From the NCBI GenBank assembly GCA_042138065.1, contig JBHIUX010000001.1, positions 1 through 51,714 of the forward strand: a stretch of DNA of 51,714 nucleotides, read 5' to 3'. Made by a program: the position numbers and the translations under genes. The first letter of the stretch is position 1; every line of letters begins with the position of its first letter. This stretch comes from Nitrosopumilaceae archaeon. GTDB lineage: Archaea > Thermoproteota > Nitrososphaeria > Nitrososphaerales > Nitrosopumilaceae. This document shows positions 41,704-51,667 of this stretch, in pieces. The notes below the pieces were generated by a model, which was given only the letters and a program-made list of their open reading frames with translations, searched no databases and was not told where the DNA came from.

Positions 41704-42444
41704 TTACGAAAATGTTCTAGAATCTGAAAATCTTTTCATTCTACTTTTTTGATACTTTTTTAGATCAAAATTCTTTGAAATTGCCTTTTGCCCTGATAAT
41801 TTTGCTGTCAATTTAGGAATCATAACGCCATCTTTTTCTGTCAAATCCACAATGACGCTTTTACCACCAAATCTTTGATTCTCTACATTTACGGCTAGAA
41901 TGGGGACTCTATTTTCAAGAGCCCTGACCTGAACATACATGTGCCAAGGGGATATTCCTCGTTTGATTATCCTGCTAGGCGAAAAAAGCACTTCTGCCCC
42001 TTTTTTTACGAACGAATTAGCTACATCTGGAAAGACCATGTCATAACAAATTACTATTCCAAACTTGCACTTTGTTTTGAAAATCTTAGTTTTTCCGCCT
42101 GACTGAACAAGCTTCTTCTCATAATCAAATGGATGAATTTTTTCCTGCCTTCCAATGATTTCCCCTTTTGGTCCAATCACAGGTGATGATATTGCAAATC
42201 TGTAATCTTTGCGTTCATAAAAAGCACCAGGAATTATAGTCATGTTATAATCTTTAGCAATAATTTTGAATTCCTCAAATTCTTTTTCAAATTTTGAAAT
42301 TCTATTATCTTTTAACCATTGTTCAGGCAAGCAAACAATGTCAGTTTCTTTTTTTCCTAAAACTTTAAGCATCTTTGACACTTTGTCAATCCCTTGTTCA
42401 TTGGAAGAGAAAGAGCTAGTCTGAATGATGCCTAGTTTTACCAT
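41704..42444 (-). CDS. Carbon-nitrogen hydrolase (nitrilase superfamily amidohydrolase)
   Basis: E-K-C triad context: VCLPEQW, K in GEIIGRQEKIHPF, and GIVICYDMVFPD. 246 aa. Confidence 0.85.
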   Translation of the reverse strand: MVKLGIIQTSSFSSNEQGIDKVSKMLKVLGKKETDIVCLPEQWLKDNRISKFEKEFEEFKIIAKDYNMTIIPGAFYERKDYRFAISSPVIGPKGEIIGRQEKIHPFDYEKKLVQSGGKTKIFKTKCKFGIVICYDMVFPDVANSFVKKGAEVLFSPSRIIKRGISPWHMYVQVRALENRVPILAVNVENQRFGGKSVIVDLTEKDGVMIPKLTAKLSGQKAISKNFDLKKYQKSRMKRFSDSRTFS

Positions 42445-42581
42445 GAATGAATCTTAGCGAATTATTATAGATAGGTTTCACTTTATTTTTTCTCGTGAAC
42501 AAAAACTTGGAAAAATCTATCACATTTGTCAACTAAACTTGTTCGCAATCAATTATCCTACTGATCCCAGAACTTCTTTCA

Positions 42582-45500
42582 TTGGTTCATATTAAGAAGG
42601 TAGAAATTTTTGGCTTCAAATCCTTTGGATTTAAGAACACCATTGTTGATTTTGAGCCTGGTCTTGTATCTATATCGGGACCAAACGGTTCTGGAAAAAG
42701 TAACATTTTAGACTCGATAATTTTCGCATTGGGTGAAAATAGGCCCAAGGTCATGAGAGCTGATAAACTAAGATCTCTTATTCATGATGTAGAAGGCGCA
42801 CAAAGACGTGGACCAAAAATGGCAAGAGCGAGTGTTCATTTTGATAATTCTGATAGAAAAATACCTGTGGATTCTGACTCTGTTGAAATCACTAGAGAAA
42901 TGGATGACAAAGGTGAAAACGTCTACTATCTTAACAAAAAGAAAACACAGCGCCATCAAATTTTAGACCTCCTTGATATGGCAAATGCTGGACTAAACCA
43001 GCTTAATGCTGTACAGCAGGGCACCGTGACTAGAATCTCAGAATTTAGCTCTGAGGAAAAAAGAAAAACAATTGAGGATTTGGTTGGCCTCTCGTACTTT
43101 GATGAGAAGAAATCTGAGGCTGAGAAGCAACTTCAGGCAGCAGATCAGCGCCTTGAGATTGCTATGGCCAAAATGGGTGAGGTCAAAAAACAAATTGACA
43201 ATCTAGAAGAGGAACGAAATCTCAAACTTCGTCATGATTTTATAGAAAAAGAGGTAGCAAGACTAAACGCTATCGATGCTGCAAACAAGATGAAATCTAT
43301 CAAATCTGACAAGATTTCAAAAGAACAAACACTAGGTGGGTTAGAATCAGAATCTTCAAAATTTGGTGAAGAACTAACTGTCATCAAAAAGGAAATTGAA
43401 GAATTAGAAACAAAAAAATCTGCTTTTATGAAAGAAGTCAATGAATTCAATCAAGCAAAAGCATCAATTGATTCTGAATTGAGTGATGCAATGCACAAAT
43501 TTGAAGAAATTAACAGTACTGTTGCAACAAAGAAAAAGAGACTCGTACAAATCGAAAATAGATTACCACAAATTAAAGAAGAAATTGAGCAAGTTCAACA
43601 ACAACGTGGTAGTATTGAATCTGAAATTTCTCAACAAAAAGAATCAATAGAAAAAACAAATGCAGACAAGAAAAAAATTAATGATGAATTACAAATTTTG
43701 GATACTTTACTTGACAAAGTAATATCTGAACAAGCTCATGCCGCCTCTCAAAGACGTGAAGTAGATCAAAAAATTAAAAAACTAACCAATGATTTGCATG
43801 ACGCACAATTATCATTGAAAAAATTTGAATCTGAGAAAAAAGAACTGGAGAAAAAAATCATAGAAAATACAACCAAAAACAATGATATTAGTAATGAACA
43901 TCAAAACTTAGTACAACTTAAACAAAAATTAGAAACAACAATCTCCAATCATAAAGCAACTGTAACAGAATTAAAATCAAGAATATCTGAATTTTCTTCT
44001 AAAAGAACAAAATTTGAAAAAGATATAGAAGACCTTAATTTGATCTTAGAAAAATCAAGCAAAGCTGCTACTCATTTTGAAACAAAAATTAATTTTGTCA
44101 AAGACGCAATGCATGAAGATTATACTGTTGCAAAACTCAAAGAAGATGCTGAGCAATTAGGAATAATGGGACTTGTTTATGAAATGATTTCTTGGGATAA
44201 ACAATATGAGCGAGCAATAATGGCCGCCTCTTCTGATTGGATAAAGGCAATAGTTGTCAGAGACTTTACTGCCTTAATCAACATCGCAGAATTTGCCAAA
44301 CACAAAAACTTGCCCAAATTAAAAATAATTCCACTAGAAGCAATTCCAAAATTCAAACTAGACCCTCCAAAAGAAAAAGGAGTAATTGGAATCTTAACCG
44401 ATTATGTTAGATGTGATCCAAAATTTGCTCCAATCAAATCATTTCTTTTCGGAAATGTCGTTCTAACTGAATCGAAGGACGCTGCTCATAAAATTTCGAA
44501 AGAAGGTTACAAAGCTGTATCTGTGGGAGGCGCATTCTTTGAAGCAAAATCAAGCGCAGTAACTGTTGATATTAATTCAAAAATATCCAAGCTTACAAAA
44601 ATCATCTCTCAAAGTACTTCAATTGATGGCCTGTTACAATCAGTTACTCTTCTAAAGAAATTTGTTCAAAAGAAGAAAAATTCATTGAAAAAAATTAACG
44701 AGACAATTGAGAAATATCAGGATAGACTATCTATTTCTGAAACAGAACTAGCTACTGCAGAACACCGTCATTCTGATCTCACTGATCAAATTTCAAGAAC
44801 TCAAAGATTAACAGACTCATTAACAAATAGAATTGAACAACAACAACAACGAATTGCACATCTAGAAACTGAAGTTTCAAAACAAAGCTCATATGTTGAT
44901 TCTCTAAAGGAAAGAGTCTCTATTGTTAAAGAAAATTATGAAGACGGTGAGCAAATTAGAATTTCACATGAAATTGCAAGATTAAATGCAAAAAAAGCTG
45001 AACTACAAAAACGTCAAACTGAAATTGTTATCATACATAATGAAAAAACAACAGAATTAGTAAACATAAACACAAAAGATGCACATGGCAAGTCTCAAAT
45101 CAGAGCTTTTCATGAAGAAAATGATGATTTAGTTCAGGAACGACAAGAAATTGAGAGTACAATTGGAGAACTAGAAAAACAAAAAGAAGAAGCAAATCAA
45201 GAATTAGTTGCACTACGACAAAAGGAGCAAGAAATTATCAGTACTTCTGGAACCTCAGTTTCTGAATTACAAGAATATGATGATAAATTAAAAGCACTAA
45301 ATGAACGCGAAAAAACCCTTACAAAAGAGATTGGTGGTTTAGAACGACAATCTGATTCTCTAAGGCGAGATTTGAAGGAACTGTATGAGAGAGAAACTGC
45401 AACTAAGAGAATCATCGATGCTTATGGATTAGACGAAAATGCTGAAACATTTGATGTCTCAGAAGTTCTTCAACCCTTATTTTCTGAACAACGAAGCCTC

Positions 45501-46106
45501 ACTGAGCTCAACGCAAAAGCACCTTCCACATATCTTGAAATTTCCGACGGATATCGTTCAATGTCCACAAGGAAAAACTCTCTTGAGGAAGAGAGAAACT
45601 CTATTGTCAGATTTATAGAATCAATTGAGAAGGATAAACGACAAACCTTCCTTGATGCATTTGATAAGGTGGATAAAGAGATTCGATTAATTTTCACAAA
45701 AATGACTGGCGGTAATGCCTGGTTGGAATTAGAAAATGAAGATGATATTTTCTCTTCTGGAATTTCTTACCTAATTCAGTTCAAAAATAAACCAAAAAGA
45801 GAATCAACATCAATAAGTGGTGGAGAAAAAACACTCGCAGCTGTTGTATTTGTTTTAGCCCTCCAAAAACTAAAACCATCGCCATTTTACCTATTTGACG
45901 AAGTTGATGCACATCTTGATGCTCCAAACTCTGAAAAATTGGGAAAAATTCTTGCTGAGAGATCAAAAGAAAGTCAATTCTTAATGGTGTCACTAAAAGA
46001 CTCTGTTGTACAAAGAGCTAAACTCATTTACGGTGTTTTCCCAAAAAATGGAGTTTCTCATGTTGTTACTTACAAGGATAAACGATTGCCTTCAATGACA
46101 ACCTAG
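42582..46106 (+). CDS. smc: Chromosome segregation protein SMC
   Basis: 1174 aa. N-terminal (M)VHIKKVEIFGFKSFG plus Walker A GPNGSGKSN, long coiled coils, a hinge (GIMGLVYEMISWD...), the signature SGGEKTLAAV and Walker B FYLFDEVDAHLD. TTG start is required, as there is no in-frame ATG upstream of the conserved N terminus. Confidence 0.95.
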   Translation: MVHIKKVEIFGFKSFGFKNTIVDFEPGLVSISGPNGSGKSNILDSIIFALGENRPKVMRADKLRSLIHDVEGAQRRGPKMARASVHFDNSDRKIPVDSDSVEITREMDDKGENVYYLNKKKTQRHQILDLLDMANAGLNQLNAVQQGTVTRISEFSSEEKRKTIEDLVGLSYFDEKKSEAEKQLQAADQRLEIAMAKMGEVKKQIDNLEEERNLKLRHDFIEKEVARLNAIDAANKMKSIKSDKISKEQTLGGLESESSKFGEELTVIKKEIEELETKKSAFMKEVNEFNQAKASIDSELSDAMHKFEEINSTVATKKKRLVQIENRLPQIKEEIEQVQQQRGSIESEISQQKESIEKTNADKKKINDELQILDTLLDKVISEQAHAASQRREVDQKIKKLTNDLHDAQLSLKKFESEKKELEKKIIENTTKNNDISNEHQNLVQLKQKLETTISNHKATVTELKSRISEFSSKRTKFEKDIEDLNLILEKSSKAATHFETKINFVKDAMHEDYTVAKLKEDAEQLGIMGLVYEMISWDKQYERAIMAASSDWIKAIVVRDFTALINIAEFAKHKNLPKLKIIPLEAIPKFKLDPPKEKGVIGILTDYVRCDPKFAPIKSFLFGNVVLTESKDAAHKISKEGYKAVSVGGAFFEAKSSAVTVDINSKISKLTKIISQSTSIDGLLQSVTLLKKFVQKKKNSLKKINETIEKYQDRLSISETELATAEHRHSDLTDQISRTQRLTDSLTNRIEQQQQRIAHLETEVSKQSSYVDSLKERVSIVKENYEDGEQIRISHEIARLNAKKAELQKRQTEIVIIHNEKTTELVNINTKDAHGKSQIRAFHEENDDLVQERQEIESTIGELEKQKEEANQELVALRQKEQEIISTSGTSVSELQEYDDKLKALNEREKTLTKEIGGLERQSDSLRRDLKELYERETATKRIIDAYGLDENAETFDVSEVLQPLFSEQRSLTELNAKAPSTYLEISDGYRSMSTRKNSLEEERNSIVRFIESIEKDKRQTFLDAFDKVDKEIRLIFTKMTGGNAWLELENEDDIFSSGISYLIQFKNKPKRESTSISGGEKTLAAVVFVLALQKLKPSPFYLFDEVDAHLDAPNSEKLGKILAERSKESQFLMVSLKDSVVQRAKLIYGVFPKNGVSHVVTYKDKRLPSMTT

Positions 46107-46279
46107 TCTGGCTTTTGGTTATTCACTGCTTCTTTTAATTTTTGATTCCAAAAGTTGATAGATTCTTTTTCATAATCAATTCTTTCGCCATCTTCTTCTC
46201 TTTGAATTAATTCGAAAACTAATTTTTTATATTCTAAATCAATATCTGGCGGAAGATGAAATCTTTCGTTTTTACTCAT
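46103..46279 (-). CDS. Possible small hypothetical protein
   Basis: 58 aa, below the track cutoff: MSKNERFHLPPDIDLEYKKLVFELIQREEDGERIDYEKESINFWNQKLKEAVNNQKPD. It fills the 255-bp gap after smc, and its stop overlaps the smc stop (CTAG). Confidence 0.25.
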   Translation of the reverse strand: MSKNERFHLPPDIDLEYKKLVFELIQREEDGERIDYEKESINFWNQKLKEAVNNQKPD

Positions 46280-46361
46280 GTTGTCTATATAGACTTCTGT
46301 TCTATTGTAATTAAGATTTTTAATAAGCCTCGTTTTATTCCTGCATTAGGTAAAAACTTTC

Positions 46362-46781
46362 ATGACTGAAGCAAAATTTCGAGAAAACAAACTACATGAT
46401 ATTGCATTTTGGGGGTTAAGAGCATCTATAGGTGTAATTTTCATAGTTCAAGGTTCAGGCAAATTTAATCCAGGATTTGTTGGATTTCTTACAGGTCCTT
46501 TAGGATTGCCTGCAGAAATGCAAATTCCAATTGCATTAGCAGAACTAATTCCAGGAATTTTGTTAATTGTTGGCGTGTTAACAAGAATTTCTGCATCACT
46601 TCTTTCAATAATTATGCTGGGTGCAATTTTCTATGTTAAACAAGCATCTAATCTAACAGGAGATGGAGGATTTGCGCTTGATCTTATGTTGCTTGCCTCC
46701 TGTGTCGTGATTATTGTAGCCGGCCCTGGCCGAGTGTCAATATCTCATATAGCCAAAAAAATTCCAAGGCCACTTCAATAA
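46362..46781 (+). CDS. DoxX-family membrane protein
   Basis: 139 aa with 4 TM helices and a FWGLRASIGVIFIVQGSGKF N-terminal pattern. Confidence 0.7.
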   Translation: MTEAKFRENKLHDIAFWGLRASIGVIFIVQGSGKFNPGFVGFLTGPLGLPAEMQIPIALAELIPGILLIVGVLTRISASLLSIIMLGAIFYVKQASNLTGDGGFALDLMLLASCVVIIVAGPGRVSISHIAKKIPRPLQ

Positions 46782-47750
46782 TTATTCCAATTTAACAAAG
46801 CAGGCAACCTCTCTATTGTTTTCTATTTTTTCTAATGGGGGCTCTTCCTTGCACTTTTCAATAGCGTAGGGGCATCTTGCCTGAAATCTGCAACCATGAT
46901 AGACATCAATATCTATGGCTTCATTAATTCTGATTTTTTTCTCCCGATGCAGATTTTCAGGGTCGGGCTCTGATATTGCATCGATTAAGGCTTGTGTGTA
47001 AGGATGTTTTGGGTGTAACAACACATCATCAATTGGTCCCATTTCTACAATTTTTCCCAAATACAAAATTGCAATTCTTTGACCAAAGTACCTTGCTGTA
47101 GCTAAATCATGTGTAATGTAAATGAATGTTATTCCATATTTTTTCTGAAGATCGTTCATTAATTCTAAAACTTCAGCTCTTATTGACACATCGAGCATAG
47201 ATACCGGCTCATCAGCAATGATTATCTTTGGTTTTAATGCTAATGCCCGAGCAATTACTATTCGTTGTCGCTGTCCGCCAGAAAGCATATGTGGATATTT
47301 TTTCGCAATATCTTCAGCCGGTTCTAGTCTAACCTCTTTTAAGACTTCAATAACTCGATTTTTTCTTTCTTCTTTTGTTCCAATATTATGAATCTCCAAG
47401 GGTTCAGAAATTATGTCAAAAACTTTCATTCTAGGATTAATAGAATCATATGGATCTTGGTGCACCATCTGGCACTGCATCCTTATTTTTGCTAAACTTT
47501 TTGCATCATTTTTTATCTCTTCGCCCTCAAGAATTATTTTTCCAGAATCTGGTTGAATTGATCTTAGAATTAGTTTAGCAATAGTTGATTTACCAGAACC
47601 TGATTCACCAGCTAGAACGAAGACTTCGCCTTTTTTAACATTAAAAGAAATATCATCTGTTGCCTTGACAACTGATACTTGTGAGCTGAAAATACTTTTT
47701 TTTACAAAATGTTTTAGTAAATTTTCAACTCTTAGTATTTCTTCCATCAT
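46782..47750 (-). CDS. ABC transporter ATP-binding protein, oligopeptide/dipeptide (OppF/DppF) type
   Basis: Walker A GESGSGKST, signature LSGGQRQR, Walker B IIIADEPVSMLD. The C-terminal oligopeptide-type extension carries a Cys cluster (CRFQARCPYAIEKC). Confidence 0.92.
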   Translation of the reverse strand: MMEEILRVENLLKHFVKKSIFSSQVSVVKATDDISFNVKKGEVFVLAGESGSGKSTIAKLILRSIQPDSGKIILEGEEIKNDAKSLAKIRMQCQMVHQDPYDSINPRMKVFDIISEPLEIHNIGTKEERKNRVIEVLKEVRLEPAEDIAKKYPHMLSGGQRQRIVIARALALKPKIIIADEPVSMLDVSIRAEVLELMNDLQKKYGITFIYITHDLATARYFGQRIAILYLGKIVEMGPIDDVLLHPKHPYTQALIDAISEPDPENLHREKKIRINEAIDIDVYHGCRFQARCPYAIEKCKEEPPLEKIENNREVACFVKLE

Positions 47751-47845
47751 TTTCAGTTTACAATGGAACTATATCAAGAAATATGAGTTGTTTTTCAAAA
47801 GATTCGGCAAAGCATTTATTTACAAAATAATGATCGCTTTCATAC

Positions 47846-48871
47846 TTGAGTACAAATTCAATTCAGCAGGATTTAGGATATTCTGAATATCAGATAGATT
47901 CTGATGTCAGCTATTTCAAGCCAGATTCTGCAATATCCAAAAAGACCTTTGCTGAAGAAATCAAATACAGCCTGAATCAGGAACAAAAATTCATCAGTCC
48001 AAAATTCCTATATGATAATACCGGTTCTATGTTATTTGAGAAAATCTGCACTTTGCCAGAGTACTATCTGACCAGAACAGAAATCAAGATTCTCAAAGAA
48101 CTCAAAAATGAACTTCCAGAATACATAGACAAACAATTTCGATTAGTAGAGCTTGGAAGTGGTTCTTCCACAAAAACAAGATTACTTTTGGATGTGTTTG
48201 ACAAACTTCATGATACAATAGAGTATATGCCAATTGACATTTCAGAAATCTTGAGGGATAGCTCAAAAAGCCTTCAAAGAGATTATGATAATTTACAAAT
48301 TACTGGCATTGTGGACACCTATGAAAAAGGATTAGAGTTCGTAAAACAATATGATGAAAAACCTAACTTGATTGTATTTTTAGGATCAAGCTATGGAAAC
48401 TTTTGTCCAGATGAGGGATCTGAATTTCTTAAAAAAATAAACAAAACTATGAAAGAATCTGATCTCTTCCTAATTGGTTTGGATTTAATCAAAGAAAAAG
48501 AAATCCTTGAAAATGCTTATGATGATTCTCAAGGAGTCACTGCTAAATTTAACCTCAATATTCTGCAGCGAATAAATCAAGAACTTGATGGTAATTTTGA
48601 TTTAGATAAATTCTCTCATGTTGCACAGTATAACGATGATGAAGATAGAATTGAAATGTACTTACGCTCACTTGAAAAACAAACAGTACAAATTTCAAAA
48701 GCTAATCTATCATTAACATTTGAAGAAAATGAATTAATTCATACAGAACACTCACACAAGTATTCTGCTTCAGAAATTCCTAAATTATTTGAAAATACAG
48801 GATTTAGTATAAACAAAATTTGGAAGGATGAAAATAATCATTACGCGATAGTTTTAGTTTCTAAAAACTAA
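47846..48871 (+). CDS. egtD: L-histidine N-alpha-methyltransferase (hercynine synthase, EgtD)
   Basis: Collinear with my recollection of mycobacterial EgtD: PKFLYDNTGSMLFEKICTLPEYYLTRTE, LVELGSGSSTKTRLLLD, VFLGSSYGNF, LIGLDLIKE, AYDDSQGVTAKFNLNIL, RIEMYLRS, IHTEHSHKY. TTG start. Confidence 0.88.
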   Translation: MSTNSIQQDLGYSEYQIDSDVSYFKPDSAISKKTFAEEIKYSLNQEQKFISPKFLYDNTGSMLFEKICTLPEYYLTRTEIKILKELKNELPEYIDKQFRLVELGSGSSTKTRLLLDVFDKLHDTIEYMPIDISEILRDSSKSLQRDYDNLQITGIVDTYEKGLEFVKQYDEKPNLIVFLGSSYGNFCPDEGSEFLKKINKTMKESDLFLIGLDLIKEKEILENAYDDSQGVTAKFNLNILQRINQELDGNFDLDKFSHVAQYNDDEDRIEMYLRSLEKQTVQISKANLSLTFEENELIHTEHSHKYSASEIPKLFENTGFSINKIWKDENNHYAIVLVSKN

Positions 48872-50178
48872 ATGTCTTCAGCACATCTAAATCCTGAAAA
48901 CAACCATCTTTCATCTAATCTAAAGAAATTCCTATAACTGCCACGAATAGACATCTTTGGGGTGCCAAATGAGCCACCTCGTAGAACTTTTTGATTTGTA
49001 AACCACTTGTCATTGTATTCATCAAATCCTGTCTTAAAACCTGGATATCCATTAAATTCAGAAGATGTCCATTCCCATACATCGCCAATCATTTGTTGGC
49101 AACCAGATGGACTTTTTCCTTCTGGGTAGGCGCCAATTTCAGAGCAATTCCAAAGATATGACTCTAAAAGATTTGCTTGAGAAGAGGCTGGCGCATTATT
49201 TCCCCATGGAAAAATCGATTTGGTTTGTTTTGCTTCATTCCAGCATGCCGCCTTTTCCCATTCTGCTTCGGTAGGTAGTCTTTTTCCTGCCCACTTGCAA
49301 TAAGCAGATGCTTCGTAAAAACTAACATGACAAACAGGCTCTTTTGGATTTATTTTTCGTTTTCCAACAAAGTCTTGAGTCATCCATTGCCCATCAATTT
49401 TTTCCCAATACATGGGAGCCTCCCAATTGTTTTCTTTGACTTTCTCCCATCCATCAGATAACCAAAATTTGTAATCAGTGTATCCGCCATCATCAATGAA
49501 CTTTAGATACTGTTCATTTGTAATTGGAAACATGTCAATTCTGTAATCATTGAGATAGATTTTGTGTTCTGGTAATTCAATATCATAACAGTAATCATTT
49601 CCATTGTACCCCATAGTATACAAACCTCCTTTAATCTGAACAGATTTCTGTTCTGCTGTTGAAGGTTTTGGAGGAGAATTCTTTTTCACAGGTCTATATT
49701 GATCTGCAAGCAAATGTTGAAGATCATAAACTAAAAGTTCTTGATGTTGACATTCATGATGAAACCCCATTGTGATTAATCTTGATGCTTCAACTGATAG
49801 TGTATTGTTTTTGAGAAAATTTTCCACGCGCTGATTAATTACGTCAAAGTATTCGAATATTTGATCAACGGTTGGACGTGAAACTATGCCTCTTCTTCCT
49901 TTATCTTGTGGAGTTCCAAACTGTTGATAATACGAATTGAGATATTCTGAAAATTCTTTTGAGTAAAACTCATAATTCTTATCAATTTTACTTAAAATTG
50001 CCTCGTAAATCCAGCTAACATGACCAATATGCCATTTTGGCGGACTCATGAAAAAGGCGGTTTGAACAACAAAGTCATCTTTTTCTAGTGTCTTAACTAA
50101 TTCTAGAGTTCTTGTACGTGTTTCATTAAATTGTTCTAAAAGAACCTCTTTAGATTGTTGTTCAGGAACTGTAGTCAT
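48868..50178 (-). CDS. egtB: Sulfoxide synthase EgtB (DinB-like domain plus FGE-sulfatase domain)
   Basis: 436 aa. The N-terminal DinB-like region has HIGHVSWIYE and HHECQHQEL. The C-terminal FGE/C-type-lectin-like region has LPTEAEWEKA, GDVWEWTSS and VLRGGSF. It has no C-terminal methyltransferase domain, so it is not OvoA. Its 3' end overlaps egtD by 4 nt (convergent). Confidence 0.85.
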   Translation of the reverse strand: MTTVPEQQSKEVLLEQFNETRTRTLELVKTLEKDDFVVQTAFFMSPPKWHIGHVSWIYEAILSKIDKNYEFYSKEFSEYLNSYYQQFGTPQDKGRRGIVSRPTVDQIFEYFDVINQRVENFLKNNTLSVEASRLITMGFHHECQHQELLVYDLQHLLADQYRPVKKNSPPKPSTAEQKSVQIKGGLYTMGYNGNDYCYDIELPEHKIYLNDYRIDMFPITNEQYLKFIDDGGYTDYKFWLSDGWEKVKENNWEAPMYWEKIDGQWMTQDFVGKRKINPKEPVCHVSFYEASAYCKWAGKRLPTEAEWEKAACWNEAKQTKSIFPWGNNAPASSQANLLESYLWNCSEIGAYPEGKSPSGCQQMIGDVWEWTSSEFNGYPGFKTGFDEYNDKWFTNQKVLRGGSFGTPKMSIRGSYRNFFRLDERWLFSGFRCAEDI

Positions 50179-50221
50179 AGGTAAAAAAAAGAATCAAGTG
50201 TTTATTACGTTTACTCCAAAT

Positions 50222-51667
50222 TTAATATCCGCGAGCAAAAATTGGCACTGACACACTTTGTTCTTTACAATAAATGCATTTTTTACTAGAATCTTCGCTA
50301 CCAAAGGGAATTACGCGTATATCCGCACCTGTTTCTTCTTTAATTTTCTCTTCGCACTCTTGTTTTCCACACCAAGGAGTTTGTAAAAATCCTCCTTTTT
50401 CTATCTGCGATTTAAAATCTTCATAACTTGAAATGTTATGGGTCATCTCATCTAGTACTTTTTTGCTAGAAACTAGCATCTGTTTTTGAACATCATCTAA
50501 AACTGATTCCAATTTTTCAGCTACATTATCAAATGGCATATCGATTTTTTCTTTATTGTATCGTTTTGCTAAAACAACTTTGTTTTTTTCAATATCTTTT
50601 GGTCCTATTTCTATTCTTAATGGAATTCCTTTTAGCTCCCAATCATGAAATTTGTAACCTGGGGTTAGCTGATCTCTATCATCAACATGAACTCTGATTT
50701 TTTTACTAGTGATGGTCTCTTGAAGCTCATTTGCTTTTTTCAAAACCTTCTGCGCGTCTTCATCGGAATAATAAATTGGAATTATGACAACTTGAATTGG
50801 TGCCACTTTTGGAGGTAAAACCAGTCCTTTGTCATCCCCATGCGTCATAATCATTGCGCCAATTAATCTCCATGAAACGCCCCATGATGTTTGCCACACA
50901 AAATTTTCTACATTATCTTTATCCGCAAACTTTACCTCAAATGGTTTTGAAAAATTTTGTCCAAGAAAATGAGATGTACCCATCTGTAATGCCTTTCCAT
51001 CAGGCATCACAGATTCCATTGTTGTAGTGTAAACTGCACCAACAAATTTCTCTTTTTCACTTTTCTTACCTGGGACTACAGGAATTGCTAATTCCTCTTC
51101 AATAATTGATTTGTAAATATCTAAAATCTTCAAAACTTCTTTTTCAGCTTCTTCTTGTGTGGTGTGTACGGTATGACCTTCTTGCCATAAAAATTCAGAT
51201 GTTCTAATGAATGGTTTTGTACCCTTTATTTCTGCACGTAATGCAGTGTTCCAAAAATTAATTTTGAGAGGTAAATCTCTCCAACTTTTAATCCATTTTG
51301 AGTACAGTGAATATGCCAAAGTCTCAGATGTAGGTCGTAGTGCAAGCTTGTCACCAACTTCATTTTCACCAGAATGTGTGACCCAAAAAACTTCAGGGTT
51401 TAATCCAGCAAAATGTTTCTTTTCTTTGGATAGCAATGATTCTGGAATTAAAACAGGAAGAAACCCATCCTTGATCCCTATCTTTGAAAATTTTTCATTT
51501 AATGATTTTTTAATAGACTCCCAAATTGAATATCCATCAGGTCTTAAAACAATTAATCCTTTAACTGGTGCATAATCCGCAAGTTCTGCCTTTAACACCA
51601 CTTGTGTATACCATTCACTAAAATCATCTTTTTTTGACGCAGTAATCCCAATTTCCTCTTTACTCAA
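50222..51667 (-). CDS. proS: Prolyl-tRNA synthetase (archaeal/eukaryotic type)
   Basis: 481 aa with class II motifs (LRPTSE, FRAEIKGTKPFIRTSEFLWQEGHT, GTSHFLGQNFS). It has an anticodon-binding domain and a C-terminal zinc-binding domain ending ...FARGY. Confidence 0.95.
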   Translation of the reverse strand: MSKEEIGITASKKDDFSEWYTQVVLKAELADYAPVKGLIVLRPDGYSIWESIKKSLNEKFSKIGIKDGFLPVLIPESLLSKEKKHFAGLNPEVFWVTHSGENEVGDKLALRPTSETLAYSLYSKWIKSWRDLPLKINFWNTALRAEIKGTKPFIRTSEFLWQEGHTVHTTQEEAEKEVLKILDIYKSIIEEELAIPVVPGKKSEKEKFVGAVYTTTMESVMPDGKALQMGTSHFLGQNFSKPFEVKFADKDNVENFVWQTSWGVSWRLIGAMIMTHGDDKGLVLPPKVAPIQVVIIPIYYSDEDAQKVLKKANELQETITSKKIRVHVDDRDQLTPGYKFHDWELKGIPLRIEIGPKDIEKNKVVLAKRYNKEKIDMPFDNVAEKLESVLDDVQKQMLVSSKKVLDEMTHNISSYEDFKSQIEKGGFLQTPWCGKQECEEKIKEETGADIRVIPFGSEDSSKKCIYCKEQSVSVPIFARGY

